In this document: one piece after another, positions 39,085-49,140 of the stretch
How positions within the stretch are numbered: the stretch's first letter is position 1
Layout: every line of letters begins with the position of its first letter
Source: Gammaproteobacteria bacterium
GTDB taxonomy: Bacteria; Pseudomonadota; Gammaproteobacteria; Steroidobacterales; GCA-2729495
DNA length: 64,000 bases
Assembly: GCA_019454675.1 (NCBI GenBank)
Contig: JACFNV010000001.1
Coordinates: forward strand, 471-64,470
Direction: 5' to 3'
The notes under the pieces: generated by a model
What the model was told of the DNA's origin: nothing
The model's input: the letters and a program-made list of their open reading frames with translations, nothing else
The model's database searches: none
Translations under genes and position numbers: made by a program

Positions 39085-39669
39085 ATGGAAAAGATCATCC
39101 GCTTCACCTCGCGCACGGTCGTGCTCGCGCAGGCCGACATCGACACCGACCAGATCGTGCCGGCACGCTTCCTCACCACCACCACCCGCGAAGGCCTGGG
39201 CAAGGCGCTGTTCGCCGACTGGCGCTATGACGACAAGGGCAAGCCGCGTCCCGACTTCGTGCTCAACCAGCCCGCGGCGGCCGGCTGCAGCATCCTGGTG
39301 GCCGGCGACAACTTCGGCTGCGGGTCCTCGCGCGAGCATGCCCCCTGGGCACTGGTCGATTACGGCATCCGCGCCGTGATCAGCACCGGCATCGCCGACA
39401 TCTTCCGCAACAACTCGCTGAAGAACGGGCTGGTGCCGGTGATCGTCGATGCCGACAGCCACGCCTGGCTGCTGGCCAACCCGGGCGCCGAGGTCAGCGT
39501 CGACGTGGAGGCCTGCCAGATCAGCCTGCCCGACGGGCGCAAGCTGGGCTTCCCTCTGGACCGCTTCTCCCGCTACTGCCTGCTCAACGGCGTCGACCAG
39601 CTCGGCTACCTGCTGCAGCAGTCCGAGGCCATCAGCCGCTTCGAGAAGAACCGCGCATGGCAGCCCTGA
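39085..39669 (+). CDS. leuD: 3-isopropylmalate dehydratase small subunit
   Basis: [34 protein letters not shown]. Confidence 0.96.
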   Translation: MEKIIRFTSRTVVLAQADIDTDQIVPARFLTTTTREGLGKALFADWRYDDKGKPRPDFVLNQPAAAGCSILVAGDNFGCGSSREHAPWALVDYGIRAVISTGIADIFRNNSLKNGLVPVIVDADSHAWLLANPGAEVSVDVEACQISLPDGRKLGFPLDRFSRYCLLNGVDQLGYLLQQSEAISRFEKNRAWQP

Positions 39670-40721
39670 TCGGCATCCTGCCGGGCGACGGCATCGGCCC
39701 CGAGGTCACGGCACAGGCGCGGCGGGTGCTCGAGGCCGTCGGCAGTGCCGGCGGGCATGCCTTCGAGCTGCGCGAGGGCCTGATCGGCGGCGCCGCCATC
39801 GATGCCACCGGCAAGGCCTTTCCCGAGGCAACCCGCCAGCTCGCGCTGCAGGCCGATGCCGTGCTGCTCGGCGCGGTCGGCGGGCCGAAGTGGAGCGACC
39901 CCGCCGCCCGCGAGCGGCCCGAGCAGGGCCTGCTCGACCTGCGCGCGGCCATGGGGGTTTATGCCAACCTGCGCCCGGTGCGCCCGCATCCCGCGCTTGC
40001 CGACGCCTCGCCGCTCAAGGCCGAGCGCATCGCCGGCGTCGACATCCTGGTGATACGCGAGCTCACCGGGGGCATTTATTTCGGCCGCAAGCAGCGCGAC
40101 GCCGACAGCGCCTCCGACCTGTGCAGCTACACCCGCCCGGAAATCGAGCGCGTGCTGCGCGTGGCGGGGCAGATGGCGGTCCGGCGGCGTGGCCGGGTCG
40201 CTTCGGTGGACAAGGCCAACGTGCTGGAAACCTCGCGCCTGTGGCGCTCGGTGGCCAGCGAGCTCTTTGCCCGTGAATTCCCCACGGTGCAGCTCGAGCA
40301 CCTGCTGGTGGATGCCGCCGCCATGCACCTGTTGTCGCGCCCGGCCGACTTCGACGTCATCGTCACCGAGAACATGTTCGGCGACATCCTCACCGACGAG
40401 GCCTCGATGCTGACCGGCTCGATCGGCATGCTGCCCTCGGCCTCGCTGAACGCCGAGTCCCGCGGCCTGTACGAGCCCATCCACGGCTCGGCGCCCGACA
40501 TCGCCGGCCAGGGCATCGCCAACCCCTGCGGCACGATCCTCAGCGTGGCCATGCTGCTGCGCCACTCGCTGGGCCTCGAGACCGAGGCCGCACGGGTCGA
40601 GCAGGCGGTCTCCGCGGTGCTCGACGCCGGCCTGCGCACGCGCGACATCGCGGCGGGCGGCAGCCAGACCATCGGCACCGCGCAGATGGGCGAGGCGGTC
40701 CTCGCCAGGCTGCGCGCCTAG
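39657..40721 (+). CDS. leuB: 3-isopropylmalate dehydrogenase
   Basis: [49 protein letters not shown]. Confidence 0.96.
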   Translation: MAALIGILPGDGIGPEVTAQARRVLEAVGSAGGHAFELREGLIGGAAIDATGKAFPEATRQLALQADAVLLGAVGGPKWSDPAARERPEQGLLDLRAAMGVYANLRPVRPHPALADASPLKAERIAGVDILVIRELTGGIYFGRKQRDADSASDLCSYTRPEIERVLRVAGQMAVRRRGRVASVDKANVLETSRLWRSVASELFAREFPTVQLEHLLVDAAAMHLLSRPADFDVIVTENMFGDILTDEASMLTGSIGMLPSASLNAESRGLYEPIHGSAPDIAGQGIANPCGTILSVAMLLRHSLGLETEAARVEQAVSAVLDAGLRTRDIAAGGSQTIGTAQMGEAVLARLRA

Positions 40722-41879
40722 CTAGACCAGCGCGGAGAGCGCGGCCTGCAGGTCGGCGACGAGGTCCGCCGTGGCCTCGATGCCCGCCGAGAGGCGTATC
40801 AGCCCGTCGGAGATGCCGGCGGCCTTGCGCCCCTCCGGTCCCAGCGGCAGGTGCGTCATCGTTGCCGGGTGGCAGGAGAGGCTTTCCACGCCACCCAGCG
40901 ACACCCCCAGGGTGAACAGCCGCAGGCGCTCCACGACCTGGCGTGCGGCGGCCTCCCCGCCCTTCAGCTCGAAGCTCAGCATGCCGCCAAAGCCCTGCTG
41001 CTGGCGGCGTGCGATGGCGTGGCCCGGGTGCTCCGGCAGGCCGGGGTAGAACACCCGCGCCACCGCCGGGCTTGCCTGCAGGGCAGCGGCCAGGGCGGCG
41101 GCATTGGCCTCGCTCTGGCGCATGCGTACGAACAGCGTACGCAGGCCGCGCAGCACCAGGAAGCTGTCGAAGGGAGCGCCGCTCAGCCCCAGCACATTGG
41201 CCCAGCCGGCCATTTCCTCGTGCAGCGCGGCGCTGCGGGCGACCACTGCCCCGCCGATGACATCGCTGTGGCCATTGAGATACTTGGTGGTGGAGTGGAT
41301 GACCAGGTCGGCGCCGAAGTCCAGCGGCCGCTGCAGGACCGGGGACAGGAAGGTGTTGTCGACCGCCAGCAGCGCACCGCAGGCATCCGCCAGCGTCCGC
41401 ATCCGCGCCAGGTCGATGATGCGCAGCAGCGGGTTGGTCGGCGTCTCCACCCACAGCAGCCTGGCGGATTCACGCCCGGCCTCGCGAAGCTGCGCTTCAT
41501 CCGCCTGGTCGATGAAACGCAGGCGGAACAGGCCGCGCGCCGCCAGCCGCGTCAGCATGCGATAGGTGCCGCCATAGCAGTCGACCGGCGCAATGACCAG
41601 ATCGCCCGGGTCGAGGACCTGGCAGGCCAGCGTGATGGCGGCCATGCCCGAGGCGGTGACGGTGGCCCCCGCCCCGCCCTCGAGATCGGCGATGGCCGTT
41701 GCCAGCGCATCCCGGGTGGGATTGGCGGTGCGGGTGTAGTCGTAGGCCCGGGGCTGGTTGAAGCCGGCAAAGCTGAAGGTGCTGCTGAGCACGATCGGCG
41801 GCATGACCGCGCCGTGCTGCTGGTCGGTATTGGTCGCGCTGTGGACCGCCCTGGTTTCAGCCTGCAACTCCCCGCTCAT
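40722..41879 (-). CDS. metB: Cystathionine gamma-synthase (O-succinylhomoserine thiol-lyase)
   Basis: YTRTANPTRD, SGMAAI, CYGGTYR, ETPTNP, DNTFLSP, HSTTKYLNGHSDV, SLGGVESL. Confidence 0.88.
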   Translation of the reverse strand: MSGELQAETRAVHSATNTDQQHGAVMPPIVLSSTFSFAGFNQPRAYDYTRTANPTRDALATAIADLEGGAGATVTASGMAAITLACQVLDPGDLVIAPVDCYGGTYRMLTRLAARGLFRLRFIDQADEAQLREAGRESARLLWVETPTNPLLRIIDLARMRTLADACGALLAVDNTFLSPVLQRPLDFGADLVIHSTTKYLNGHSDVIGGAVVARSAALHEEMAGWANVLGLSGAPFDSFLVLRGLRTLFVRMRQSEANAAALAAALQASPAVARVFYPGLPEHPGHAIARRQQQGFGGMLSFELKGGEAAARQVVERLRLFTLGVSLGGVESLSCHPATMTHLPLGPEGRKAAGISDGLIRLSAGIEATADLVADLQAALSALV

Positions 41880-41988
41880 GCGCTATCCCGTTCATGGCCG
41901 GCCGGATCGGCCGCGGCAGGCAGTGTAGGAAGCCCCCCCCGGTCGGGCAAGCAGCTTCAGGTGCTTGCAGGCAGTCGAAGAGTCGTGT

Positions 41989-42024
41989 TAGCGTACTATT
42001 ACGCTATTACATTGATACAGTAAT
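41989..42024. promoter_or_regulatory. Candidate operator for the his operon / TrpR-like gene
   Basis: TAGCGTA-ctat-TACGCTA (41989-42006) and ATTAC-N9-GTAAT (42006-42024) in an AT-rich patch abutting the start codon. Confidence 0.5.
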
Positions 42025-42337
42025 GAAAGACCACCGTACCCTCGACGACCGGGAAGAGACAGCCGCCGAAGAGCGGCTCTACCGCGCCATCCTCACGCTG
42101 CGCAGCGTGGATGACTGCCGGGCCTTCTTCCACGACCTGTGCACGCCGGCCGAGCTCCAGGCCTTCAAGGACCGCTGGGCCGTCGTGGAACTGCTGTCCG
42201 GAGGCGAGTTGAGCTATCGCCAGATCCATGAGCGCACCGGGATCAGCGTCACCACCATCGGGCGGGTAGCCCGCTATCTCGGTGCCGGCCAGGGCGGCTA
42301 TGCCCGGGCCCTGCAACGCAGCCAACGCCAAGGATGA
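42023..42337 (+). CDS. TrpR-related (YerC/YecD) transcriptional regulator
   Basis: FF-DLCTPAELQAF-DRW, LSYRQIH--TG-S-TTIGRVAR; first gene of the his operon. Confidence 0.88.
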   Translation: MKDHRTLDDREETAAEERLYRAILTLRSVDDCRAFFHDLCTPAELQAFKDRWAVVELLSGGELSYRQIHERTGISVTTIGRVARYLGAGQGGYARALQRSQRQG

Positions 42338-42344
42338 CCGACAC

Positions 42345-43247
42345 ATGACAGACCAGGGTTCACGCATCAAGATCGCGATCCAGAAGTCGGGACGACTGAC
42401 CGACCGCTCGCTCGAGCTGCTGGAGCGCTGCGGGCTCAAGTATTCGCGCGGTCGCGACCAGCTGATCGGCTTTGGCGAGAACATGCCGGTGGACATCCTG
42501 CTGGTCAGGGACGACGACATCCCGGGCCTCGTGCGCGACGAGGTCTGCGACTTCGGCATCGTCGGCCTGAATGTCCTCGAGGAGCGCCGCCTGCAGTTCC
42601 TCGCCGAGGGCCGCGACCAGGCCTTCCGCGTGGTGCGCGCGCTCGACTACGGCCACTGCCACCTGGCCTTCGGCTACCCGGAGGACGGGCCGGTGCAGTC
42701 GCTCGCCGGCCTGCAGGGGCGGCGCATTGCCACCAGCTACCCGCGCATCGTGCAGGACTTCCTGCAGCGCGAGGGCATCGAGGCCCAGGTCATCGAGTTC
42801 TCCGGCGCCGTGGAGATCGCCCCAGGCCTCGGCCGTGCCGATGTCATCTGCGACCTCGTCTCCACCGGTGCCACGCTTGCGGCCAATCGCCTGCGCGAGG
42901 GCGAGACCATCCTCGAGAGCCAGGCGATCCTGATCCGCACGGTCCGCGAGGTGCCGGCCGCCAAGGCGGAATGGGTCACGCGCCTGCTGCAGCGCATTGA
43001 TGGCGTCATGCAGGTGCGCGAGAGCAAGTATGTGATGATGAATGCCCCGGTCTCGGCGCTGGCGGAGATCGCACGCCTGCTGCCGGGTGCCGATGCACCC
43101 ACCGTGATCCCGCTCGAGGGCCGTGGCGACAAGGTCGCCGTGCACGTGGTCTGTCGCGAGAACGTCTTCTGGGAAACGCTGGAGAACCTGAAACTGGTCG
43201 GCGCCAGCTCGCTGCTGGTTCTGCCCGTGGAGAAGATGCTGCCATGA
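42345..43247 (+). CDS. hisG: ATP phosphoribosyltransferase (long form)
   Basis: IAIQKSGRL, VRDDDIP, IATSYP, GAVEIAP, DLVSTGATL-AN-L, C-terminal regulatory domain. Confidence 0.96.
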   Translation: MTDQGSRIKIAIQKSGRLTDRSLELLERCGLKYSRGRDQLIGFGENMPVDILLVRDDDIPGLVRDEVCDFGIVGLNVLEERRLQFLAEGRDQAFRVVRALDYGHCHLAFGYPEDGPVQSLAGLQGRRIATSYPRIVQDFLQREGIEAQVIEFSGAVEIAPGLGRADVICDLVSTGATLAANRLREGETILESQAILIRTVREVPAAKAEWVTRLLQRIDGVMQVRESKYVMMNAPVSALAEIARLLPGADAPTVIPLEGRGDKVAVHVVCRENVFWETLENLKLVGASSLLVLPVEKMLP

Positions 43248-44569
43248 GCCTTGGCAAGTTGCTGACACGCGTCGACTGGTCGGTGCTCGATGAAGCCGGC
43301 CGGCGCTCGCTGCTGGAACGGCCCGCCGTGCGTTCCGGGGCGGGCATCGCCACCGCGGTGGGCGACATCATCGGCAAGGTACGTTCCGGCGGCGATGCCG
43401 CCCTGCTGGAGCTGACCGCCAGGTTCGATGGCGTCCAGCTGGAATCACTGGCGGTCGGCAAGGACGAGCTGGAGGCGGCGGCAGGCCTCCTCGAGCCCGC
43501 GGCGGTCGAGGCGATCCACTTCGCCATCGGCAACATCAGGCGCTTCCATGCCGCACAGGCCAGCCAGCCGCTCAGGGTCGAGACGCTGCCCGGGGTCGTC
43601 TGCGAGCGTGTCAGCCGGCCGCTGCACGCGGTCGGCCTCTACGTGCCGGCAGGGCGGGCACCCCTGCCCTCCACCGCCATCATGCTCGGCGTGCCGGCCG
43701 AGCTCGCCGGCTGTCCAGTGCGCGTGCTGTGCACGCCGCCGCGCCCGGACGGGCGTGCGGATCCCGCCGTGCTGGTGGCCGCCCGCGCCTGCGGCATCGA
43801 GCGGGTCTTCAAGGTCGGCGGCGCGCAGGCGATCGCCGCCATGGCCTATGGCACCCAGAGCATTCCCAAGGTCGACAAGGTCTTCGGCCCCGGCAACGCC
43901 TGGGTCACGGCCGCCAAGCAGGCGGTGGCACTCGATGCCGCCGGTGCCGCCTACGACATGCCGGCCGGCCCCTCCGAAGTGATGGTGATCGCCGACAACA
44001 TGGCCAATCCCCGCTTCGTGGCCCTCGACCTGCTCTCCCAGGCCGAGCATGGCCCCGACTCGCAGGTGCTGCTGGTGACCACCGACAGCGCGCTCATCGA
44101 GCGCGTGCGTGCCGAGATCGATGCGGTGCTGCCCTCGCTGCCGCGCCGCGATATCATGGCGGAATCCCTGCTGCACAGCGCGGCGATCCTGGTGGCGGAC
44201 CTTGCCGATGCCATCGATGTCGCCAATCGCTACGCGCCCGAGCACCTGATCCTGCAGGTGGTGCAGCCGCGGCTGTGGGTGGATCACATCTGGAGCGCCG
44301 GTTCGGTGTTCCTCGGCCCCTGGACCCCGGAATCGGTGGGCGACTATTGCAGCGGCACCAACCACGTCCTGCCCACCTACGGCTATGCACGCAGCTACAG
44401 CGGGCTCTCGGTGGCCGATTTCGAGCGGCGCATGACCTTGCAGGAGCTGAGCCCGGCCGGGCTTGCCACCCTGGCGCCGGCGGTGGAGGTCCTCGCCGGG
44501 CTGGAGGGCCTGCAGGCCCATGCGCAGGCCGTGCGGGCGCGCACAAGCGACGGGGCATCCGCAGCATGA
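43244..44569 (+). CDS. hisD: Histidinol dehydrogenase
   Basis: VGLYVPAG, GGAQAIAAMAYG, KVFGPGNAWV, DMPAGPSEV, SQAEHG, APEHL, GDYCSGTNHVLPT. Confidence 0.96.
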   Translation: MSLGKLLTRVDWSVLDEAGRRSLLERPAVRSGAGIATAVGDIIGKVRSGGDAALLELTARFDGVQLESLAVGKDELEAAAGLLEPAAVEAIHFAIGNIRRFHAAQASQPLRVETLPGVVCERVSRPLHAVGLYVPAGRAPLPSTAIMLGVPAELAGCPVRVLCTPPRPDGRADPAVLVAARACGIERVFKVGGAQAIAAMAYGTQSIPKVDKVFGPGNAWVTAAKQAVALDAAGAAYDMPAGPSEVMVIADNMANPRFVALDLLSQAEHGPDSQVLLVTTDSALIERVRAEIDAVLPSLPRRDIMAESLLHSAAILVADLADAIDVANRYAPEHLILQVVQPRLWVDHIWSAGSVFLGPWTPESVGDYCSGTNHVLPTYGYARSYSGLSVADFERRMTLQELSPAGLATLAPAVEVLAGLEGLQAHAQAVRARTSDGASAA

Positions 44570-45624
44570 GCAATGCCATCGGCCTGGTGCGCCCCGAGAT
44601 CCGCCAGATGAAGCCCTATCGCAGCGCGGAGTTCATCAATGGCCTGGTCCGCCTCAATGCCAACGAGAGCCCCTGGCCCCCGCCAGCCGATGTTACCGCC
44701 ACGGGCCTCAACCGCTATCCAGAGCCGCGTCCGTGGACGCTCACCGCCAGCCTTGCCGCGCATTACGGCGTGGAGTCCGGGCAGCTGCTGCTGACCCGCG
44801 GCTCGAGCGAGGCCATCGATGTCGTGATCCGCGCCTTCTGCCGTGCCGGCCAGGACGAGATCCTCATCTGCCCGCCGACCTTCGGCATGTACGAGACCTA
44901 TGCGCAGATCCAGGGTGCCGGCATCAGGCGCGTCCCGCTGCTGCGCGAGGCGGGCTTTGCGCTCGACGTCGATGGCATCCTCGGGCAGTGGCAGCCGGCC
45001 ACGCGCCTGCTCTTCATCTGCTCCCCCAACAACCCGACCGGCAACAGCATCCCCGCCTCGCAGATCCACCAGCTGGCCGAGGCGCTGGCCGGGCGCGGGG
45101 TGGTGGTCGTCGATGCGGCCTACGTGGAATTCGCCACGACCGATCCCAGCCTCGAACTGCTCCGGCACGACAACCTCATCGTCCTGCGCACGCTGTCCAA
45201 GGCACGCGCCCTGGCCGGGGTCCGCTGCGGGGCGCTGATCGCCGGCGCCGAGCTGGTCAGCCTGCTGGGATGCGTGCTGCCGCCCTACACCTTCCCCACG
45301 CCGTGTGCCGAGGCCGTGCAGCGCTGCCTCGACCCGCAGGATGCGCAGGCATGGGCGGCACGGGTGGCGCGGCTCGGCAGCGAGCGTGCCCGGCTGGCCG
45401 CCGCACTTGCCGGCCTGCCGCTGATCCGCCGCGTCTGGCCGAGCGAGGCCAATTTCCTGCTGGTCGAGGCCAGCGATGCCCCCCGGGTGCTCGATGCCGC
45501 CCGCAAGGCCGGCATCCTGTTGCGCGATTTCAGCCGGGAGCCCGAGCTCTCCGGCTGTATTCGCATCACCGTCGGCGATCCCGCCGAGAATGACCGATTG
45601 TTGAACGCACTGGCCGCATCATGA
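44566..45624 (+). CDS. hisC: Histidinol-phosphate aminotransferase
   Basis: LNANESP, NRYPEP, GSSEAID, CSPNNPTG, D-AYVEF, RTLSKA--LAG-RCG. Confidence 0.95.
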   Translation: MSNAIGLVRPEIRQMKPYRSAEFINGLVRLNANESPWPPPADVTATGLNRYPEPRPWTLTASLAAHYGVESGQLLLTRGSSEAIDVVIRAFCRAGQDEILICPPTFGMYETYAQIQGAGIRRVPLLREAGFALDVDGILGQWQPATRLLFICSPNNPTGNSIPASQIHQLAEALAGRGVVVVDAAYVEFATTDPSLELLRHDNLIVLRTLSKARALAGVRCGALIAGAELVSLLGCVLPPYTFPTPCAEAVQRCLDPQDAQAWAARVARLGSERARLAAALAGLPLIRRVWPSEANFLLVEASDAPRVLDAARKAGILLRDFSREPELSGCIRITVGDPAENDRLLNALAAS

Positions 45625-46691
45625 CCGCTCCCAAGATTGCTTTTCTCGACCGCGATGGCACCCTGATCCACGAACCAGCCGACGAGCAGGTGGATCGCCT
45701 CGACAAGCTGGCGCTGGTCGAGGGCGTCATCCCCGCCCTGCTGCGCCTGCGCGATGCCGGCTACCAGTTCGTCATGGTGAGCAACCAGGACGGCCGTGGC
45801 AGCGCGAGCTTCCCCGAGGAAGACTTCCGCGTGCCGCAGGAATTCCTGCTGCAGCTGCTCGCCTCCCAGGGCATCCGCTTCCGCAAGATCTTCATCTGCC
45901 CGCACTTCCCCGCCGATGGCTGCAGCTGCCGCAAGCCGCGCACCGGGCTGCTGCGGGAGTTCCTCTCCTCGACGCCCATCGACCGCAGCGCCAGCGTGGT
46001 CATCGGCGACCGCGACAGCGACCTTGAGCTGGCCGCCAACCTCGGGCTGCGCGGCCTGCGCCTCGACCCGCGCGATCCGCAGGCCTGGCCCGCCATCGCC
46101 CACGAGCTGGTCGACCTGCCGCGCAGGGCGCACATCGATCGCGCAACGAAGGAAACCCGCATCAGCTGCAGCCTCGACCTCGACGCCGAGCAGCCGATCG
46201 ACATCCACACCGGCATCGCCTTCTTCGACCACATGATCGAGCAGCTGGCCCGGCATGGCGGCTTTGCCCTGCAGCTGCGCTGCGATGGCGATCTGCACGT
46301 GGACGAGCACCACACGGTGGAAGACACCGCGCTGGTCATCGGCGAGGCCCTGCGGCGGGCGCTGGGCGACAAGCGCGGTATCGCCCGCTACGGCTTCCTG
46401 CTGCCGATGGACGAGTCCCGGGCGCAGGTGGCCCTCGATCTTTCCGGGCGCGCCTGGTTCAGCTTCGAGGGCGGCTTCCCGCGCAGCGAGGTGGGCGGCC
46501 TGCCGACCGAGCTGGTACCGCACTTCTTCCGTTCGCTGGCCGACAGCCTGGGCGCCTCCATCCACCTCAGGATCGAGGGCGAGAACACCCACCACATGGT
46601 GGAGGCCTGCTTCAAGGCCATGGGGCGCACGCTGCGCCAGGCCCTGCGCCGCGAGGGTACCAGCCTGCCGAGCACCAAGGGCGTCCTGTGA
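45621..46691 (+). CDS. hisB: Bifunctional histidinol-phosphatase / imidazoleglycerol-phosphate dehydratase
   Basis: FLDRDGTL HAD motif, CSCRKP, FFDHM, DEHHTVED, N-HHMVEACFKA. Confidence 0.96.
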   Translation: MTAPKIAFLDRDGTLIHEPADEQVDRLDKLALVEGVIPALLRLRDAGYQFVMVSNQDGRGSASFPEEDFRVPQEFLLQLLASQGIRFRKIFICPHFPADGCSCRKPRTGLLREFLSSTPIDRSASVVIGDRDSDLELAANLGLRGLRLDPRDPQAWPAIAHELVDLPRRAHIDRATKETRISCSLDLDAEQPIDIHTGIAFFDHMIEQLARHGGFALQLRCDGDLHVDEHHTVEDTALVIGEALRRALGDKRGIARYGFLLPMDESRAQVALDLSGRAWFSFEGGFPRSEVGGLPTELVPHFFRSLADSLGASIHLRIEGENTHHMVEACFKAMGRTLRQALRREGTSLPSTKGVL

Positions 46692-47290
46692 GCCGCCCCC
46701 CGGTGGTCATCATCGACAGCGGCGGGGCCAACCTCGCCTCGCTGCGCTTCGCCCTGCAGCGGCTGGGCCGCGAGGCACTGGTCAGCACGGACCACGCGGT
46801 GATCCGTGCCGCCGAGCGCCTCATCCTGCCCGGTGTCGGTGCCGCCGCGGTGGCCATGGAGCGATTGGCAGCTGCCGGCCTCGATCGCCTGATCCCGACG
46901 CTGACCCAGCCCGTGCTGGGCATCTGCCTCGGCATGCAGCTGCTCTGCGAGGGTTCCGCGGAGGGCGATGTCAGCTGCCTTGGCGTACTGCCGGGCCGTG
47001 CCAGGCGCTTCGTTCCCGCGTCCGGCCGGCCGGTGCCGCACATGGGCTGGAACCGCCTGCAGACCACGGCGGGGCAGCCGCTGCTCGATGGCCTGCCGGA
47101 GAACCCCTGGTGCTATTTCGTCCACAGCTACGCGCTGCCGCCGACGACCGCCACCGTGGCCACCTGCGAGTACGGGGAGCGCTTTGCCGCCGCCATGCAC
47201 AGCGGCAACTTCCACGCCGTCCAGTTTCATCCCGAACGCTCGGGGACGACCGGCACCACCATCCTCGCCAACTTCCTCAATCTTTGCTGA
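46688..47290 (+). CDS. hisH: Imidazole glycerol phosphate synthase glutaminase subunit
   Basis: LILPGVG, LGICLGMQ, VPHMGWN, YFVHSY, QFHPERS. Confidence 0.96.
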   Translation: MSRPPVVIIDSGGANLASLRFALQRLGREALVSTDHAVIRAAERLILPGVGAAAVAMERLAAAGLDRLIPTLTQPVLGICLGMQLLCEGSAEGDVSCLGVLPGRARRFVPASGRPVPHMGWNRLQTTAGQPLLDGLPENPWCYFVHSYALPPTTATVATCEYGERFAAAMHSGNFHAVQFHPERSGTTGTTILANFLNLC

Positions 47291-47300
47291 AAAGGACATC

Positions 47301-48044
47301 ATGGAAGTCATTCCCGCCATCGATCTGCTGGGTGGACGCTGCGTACGTCTCTACCAGGGCGACTTCGGGCGCGTGACCAGCTACGACCGCGATCCACTGG
47401 AGATCGCTACCACCTACCAGCAGGCGGGCGCCGGCCGCCTGCACCTGGTGGACCTCGATGGTGCCCGCAGTGGCACGCCTGGCAACGCCGGCATCGTCCG
47501 CAGCCTGGCCGCGCGGCCGGGGCTGCGGCTGCAGGTCGGTGGTGGCATCCGCACGCTGGAAACCGCGCACATGCTCATCGCCGCCGGCGCCGAGCGCGTG
47601 GTGCTGGGCTCGGTGGCCATCAATGATCCGTCCACGGTCCTCGGCTGGCTCGCCACGCTGGGTAGCGAACGGGTGGTCCTTGCCTTCGACGTGCGGCTGC
47701 AGGGCGCGCAGGGCGAGCCCGTGGCGGTCACCCATGGCTGGCAGGAGTCGAGCGGCCGGCAGCTCTGGGAGCTGTTCGACATCTATCTCGCCGCCGGGGC
47801 CCGGCATTTCCTGTGCACCGACGTGGGCCGCGATGGCACCCTGGCCGGCCCCAACACCGCGCTTTACGCGGAGTGCCTGCGGCGCTATCCCGAGGCGAAG
47901 ATCATTGCCTCGGGCGGGTTGTCTTCGGCCGCCGACCTGCCGGCACTGGTGGAGGCCGGGGTGGCCGGCGTGGTGACCGGCAAGGCACTGCTCGAGGGAC
48001 GCCTGACACTTGAGGAGATAGGACCATTCTTGCGCACCGCATAA
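47301..48044 (+). CDS. hisA: ProFAR isomerase
   Basis: [47 protein letters not shown]. Confidence 0.95.
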   Translation: MEVIPAIDLLGGRCVRLYQGDFGRVTSYDRDPLEIATTYQQAGAGRLHLVDLDGARSGTPGNAGIVRSLAARPGLRLQVGGGIRTLETAHMLIAAGAERVVLGSVAINDPSTVLGWLATLGSERVVLAFDVRLQGAQGEPVAVTHGWQESSGRQLWELFDIYLAAGARHFLCTDVGRDGTLAGPNTALYAECLRRYPEAKIIASGGLSSAADLPALVEAGVAGVVTGKALLEGRLTLEEIGPFLRTA

Positions 48045-48793
48045 TTCCCTGCCTCGACGTTCGCGACGGCCAGGTCGTCAAGGGCGTCCGTTTCCGCGAC
48101 CACCGCGTCATGGGCGGCATCATCGAGCTCGCCACGCGCTACCGCGACGAAGGCGCCGACGAGCTGGTGTTCTACGACATCAGCGCCAGCCCCGAGGGGC
48201 GTACGGTGGACCGCAACTGGGTGCATCGCGTCGCGGCCGTGCTGGACATTCCCTTTTGCGTGGCCGGGGGCATCCGCAGCGTTGCCGACGCCGAGGCCAT
48301 CCTCAACTTCGGCGCCGACAAGGTGTCGATCAACACGCCTGCGCTGGCCAACCCCGCGCTGATCGACGAGCTGGCCCAGCGCTTCGGCTCGCAATGCGTG
48401 GTGGTGGGCATCGACAGCCACGAGCAGGATGGCAGCTATCGCGTCTACCAGAACACCGGCGACCCGCAGCTGACGCGCGAGTCGGGCCGGGAAACCAGCG
48501 CCTGGGTGCGCGAAGTGCAGGAGCGCGGCGCCGGCGAGATCGTCCTCAACTGCATGAACCGGGATGGCGTGCGCGACGGCTACGACATCGCTCAGCTGCA
48601 GGCGATGCGCCAGATCTGCAACGTGCCGCTGATCGCCTCCGGCGGCGCCGGCACCATGGAGCATTTCTCCGCCGTCTTCCGCGAAGCGGGGGTGGACGGC
48701 GCGCTGGCAGCCAGTGTTTTCCATGCCGGCAGCATCCACATCGACGAGCTGAAGGCCTATCTGCGCACCCAGGGGATCGAGATCAGACCATGA
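48026..48793 (+). CDS. hisF: Imidazole glycerol phosphate synthase cyclase subunit (apparent ATT start)
   Basis: [I][53 protein letters not shown]; in-frame stop at 48011 and no ATG/GTG/TTG before 48110. Confidence 0.9.
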   Translation: MLAHRIIPCLDVRDGQVVKGVRFRDHRVMGGIIELATRYRDEGADELVFYDISASPEGRTVDRNWVHRVAAVLDIPFCVAGGIRSVADAEAILNFGADKVSINTPALANPALIDELAQRFGSQCVVVGIDSHEQDGSYRVYQNTGDPQLTRESGRETSAWVREVQERGAGEIVLNCMNRDGVRDGYDIAQLQAMRQICNVPLIASGGAGTMEHFSAVFREAGVDGALAASVFHAGSIHIDELKAYLRTQGIEIRP

Positions 48794-49083
48794 ACGACAC
48801 GGGCATTGGCTACCTGCAGGAGCTCGAGCAGGTCATCGAGCAGCGCAAGGGCGCTCCGGCCGACCAGAGCTACACCGCCAGCCTCTATGCCGCGGGCAGC
48901 TCGCGCATCGCGCAGAAGGTGGGCGAGGAAGCGGTGGAGCTGGCGCTCGCCAGCGTGCAGCCCGACCGCCAGCGCATCCTCTCCGAGGCCGCCGACCTCG
49001 TCTACCACCTGCTGGTGCTGCTGCGCCACCACGACTTCACGCTGGCAGACGTCAGCGCCGAGCTCAGCCGCCGCCGGCGCTGA
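48790..49083 (+). CDS. hisE: Phosphoribosyl-ATP pyrophosphatase (HisE domain only)
   Basis: [31 protein letters not shown]; no HisI cyclohydrolase domain. Confidence 0.92.
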   Translation: MNDTGIGYLQELEQVIEQRKGAPADQSYTASLYAAGSSRIAQKVGEEAVELALASVQPDRQRILSEAADLVYHLLVLLRHHDFTLADVSAELSRRRR

Positions 49084-49140
49084 GCGCAGCGCTGCCATGC
49101 GCCGGAAACGGGAAGCCGGCGCTACCGCTCCCGGGCTAGG

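Noticed and set aside
41880-41985. SAM riboswitch or MetJ boxes upstream of metB
   Set aside because: No SAM-I core or AGACGTCT repeats recognised; only a GCAAGCA/TGCTTGC hairpin at 41947-41968
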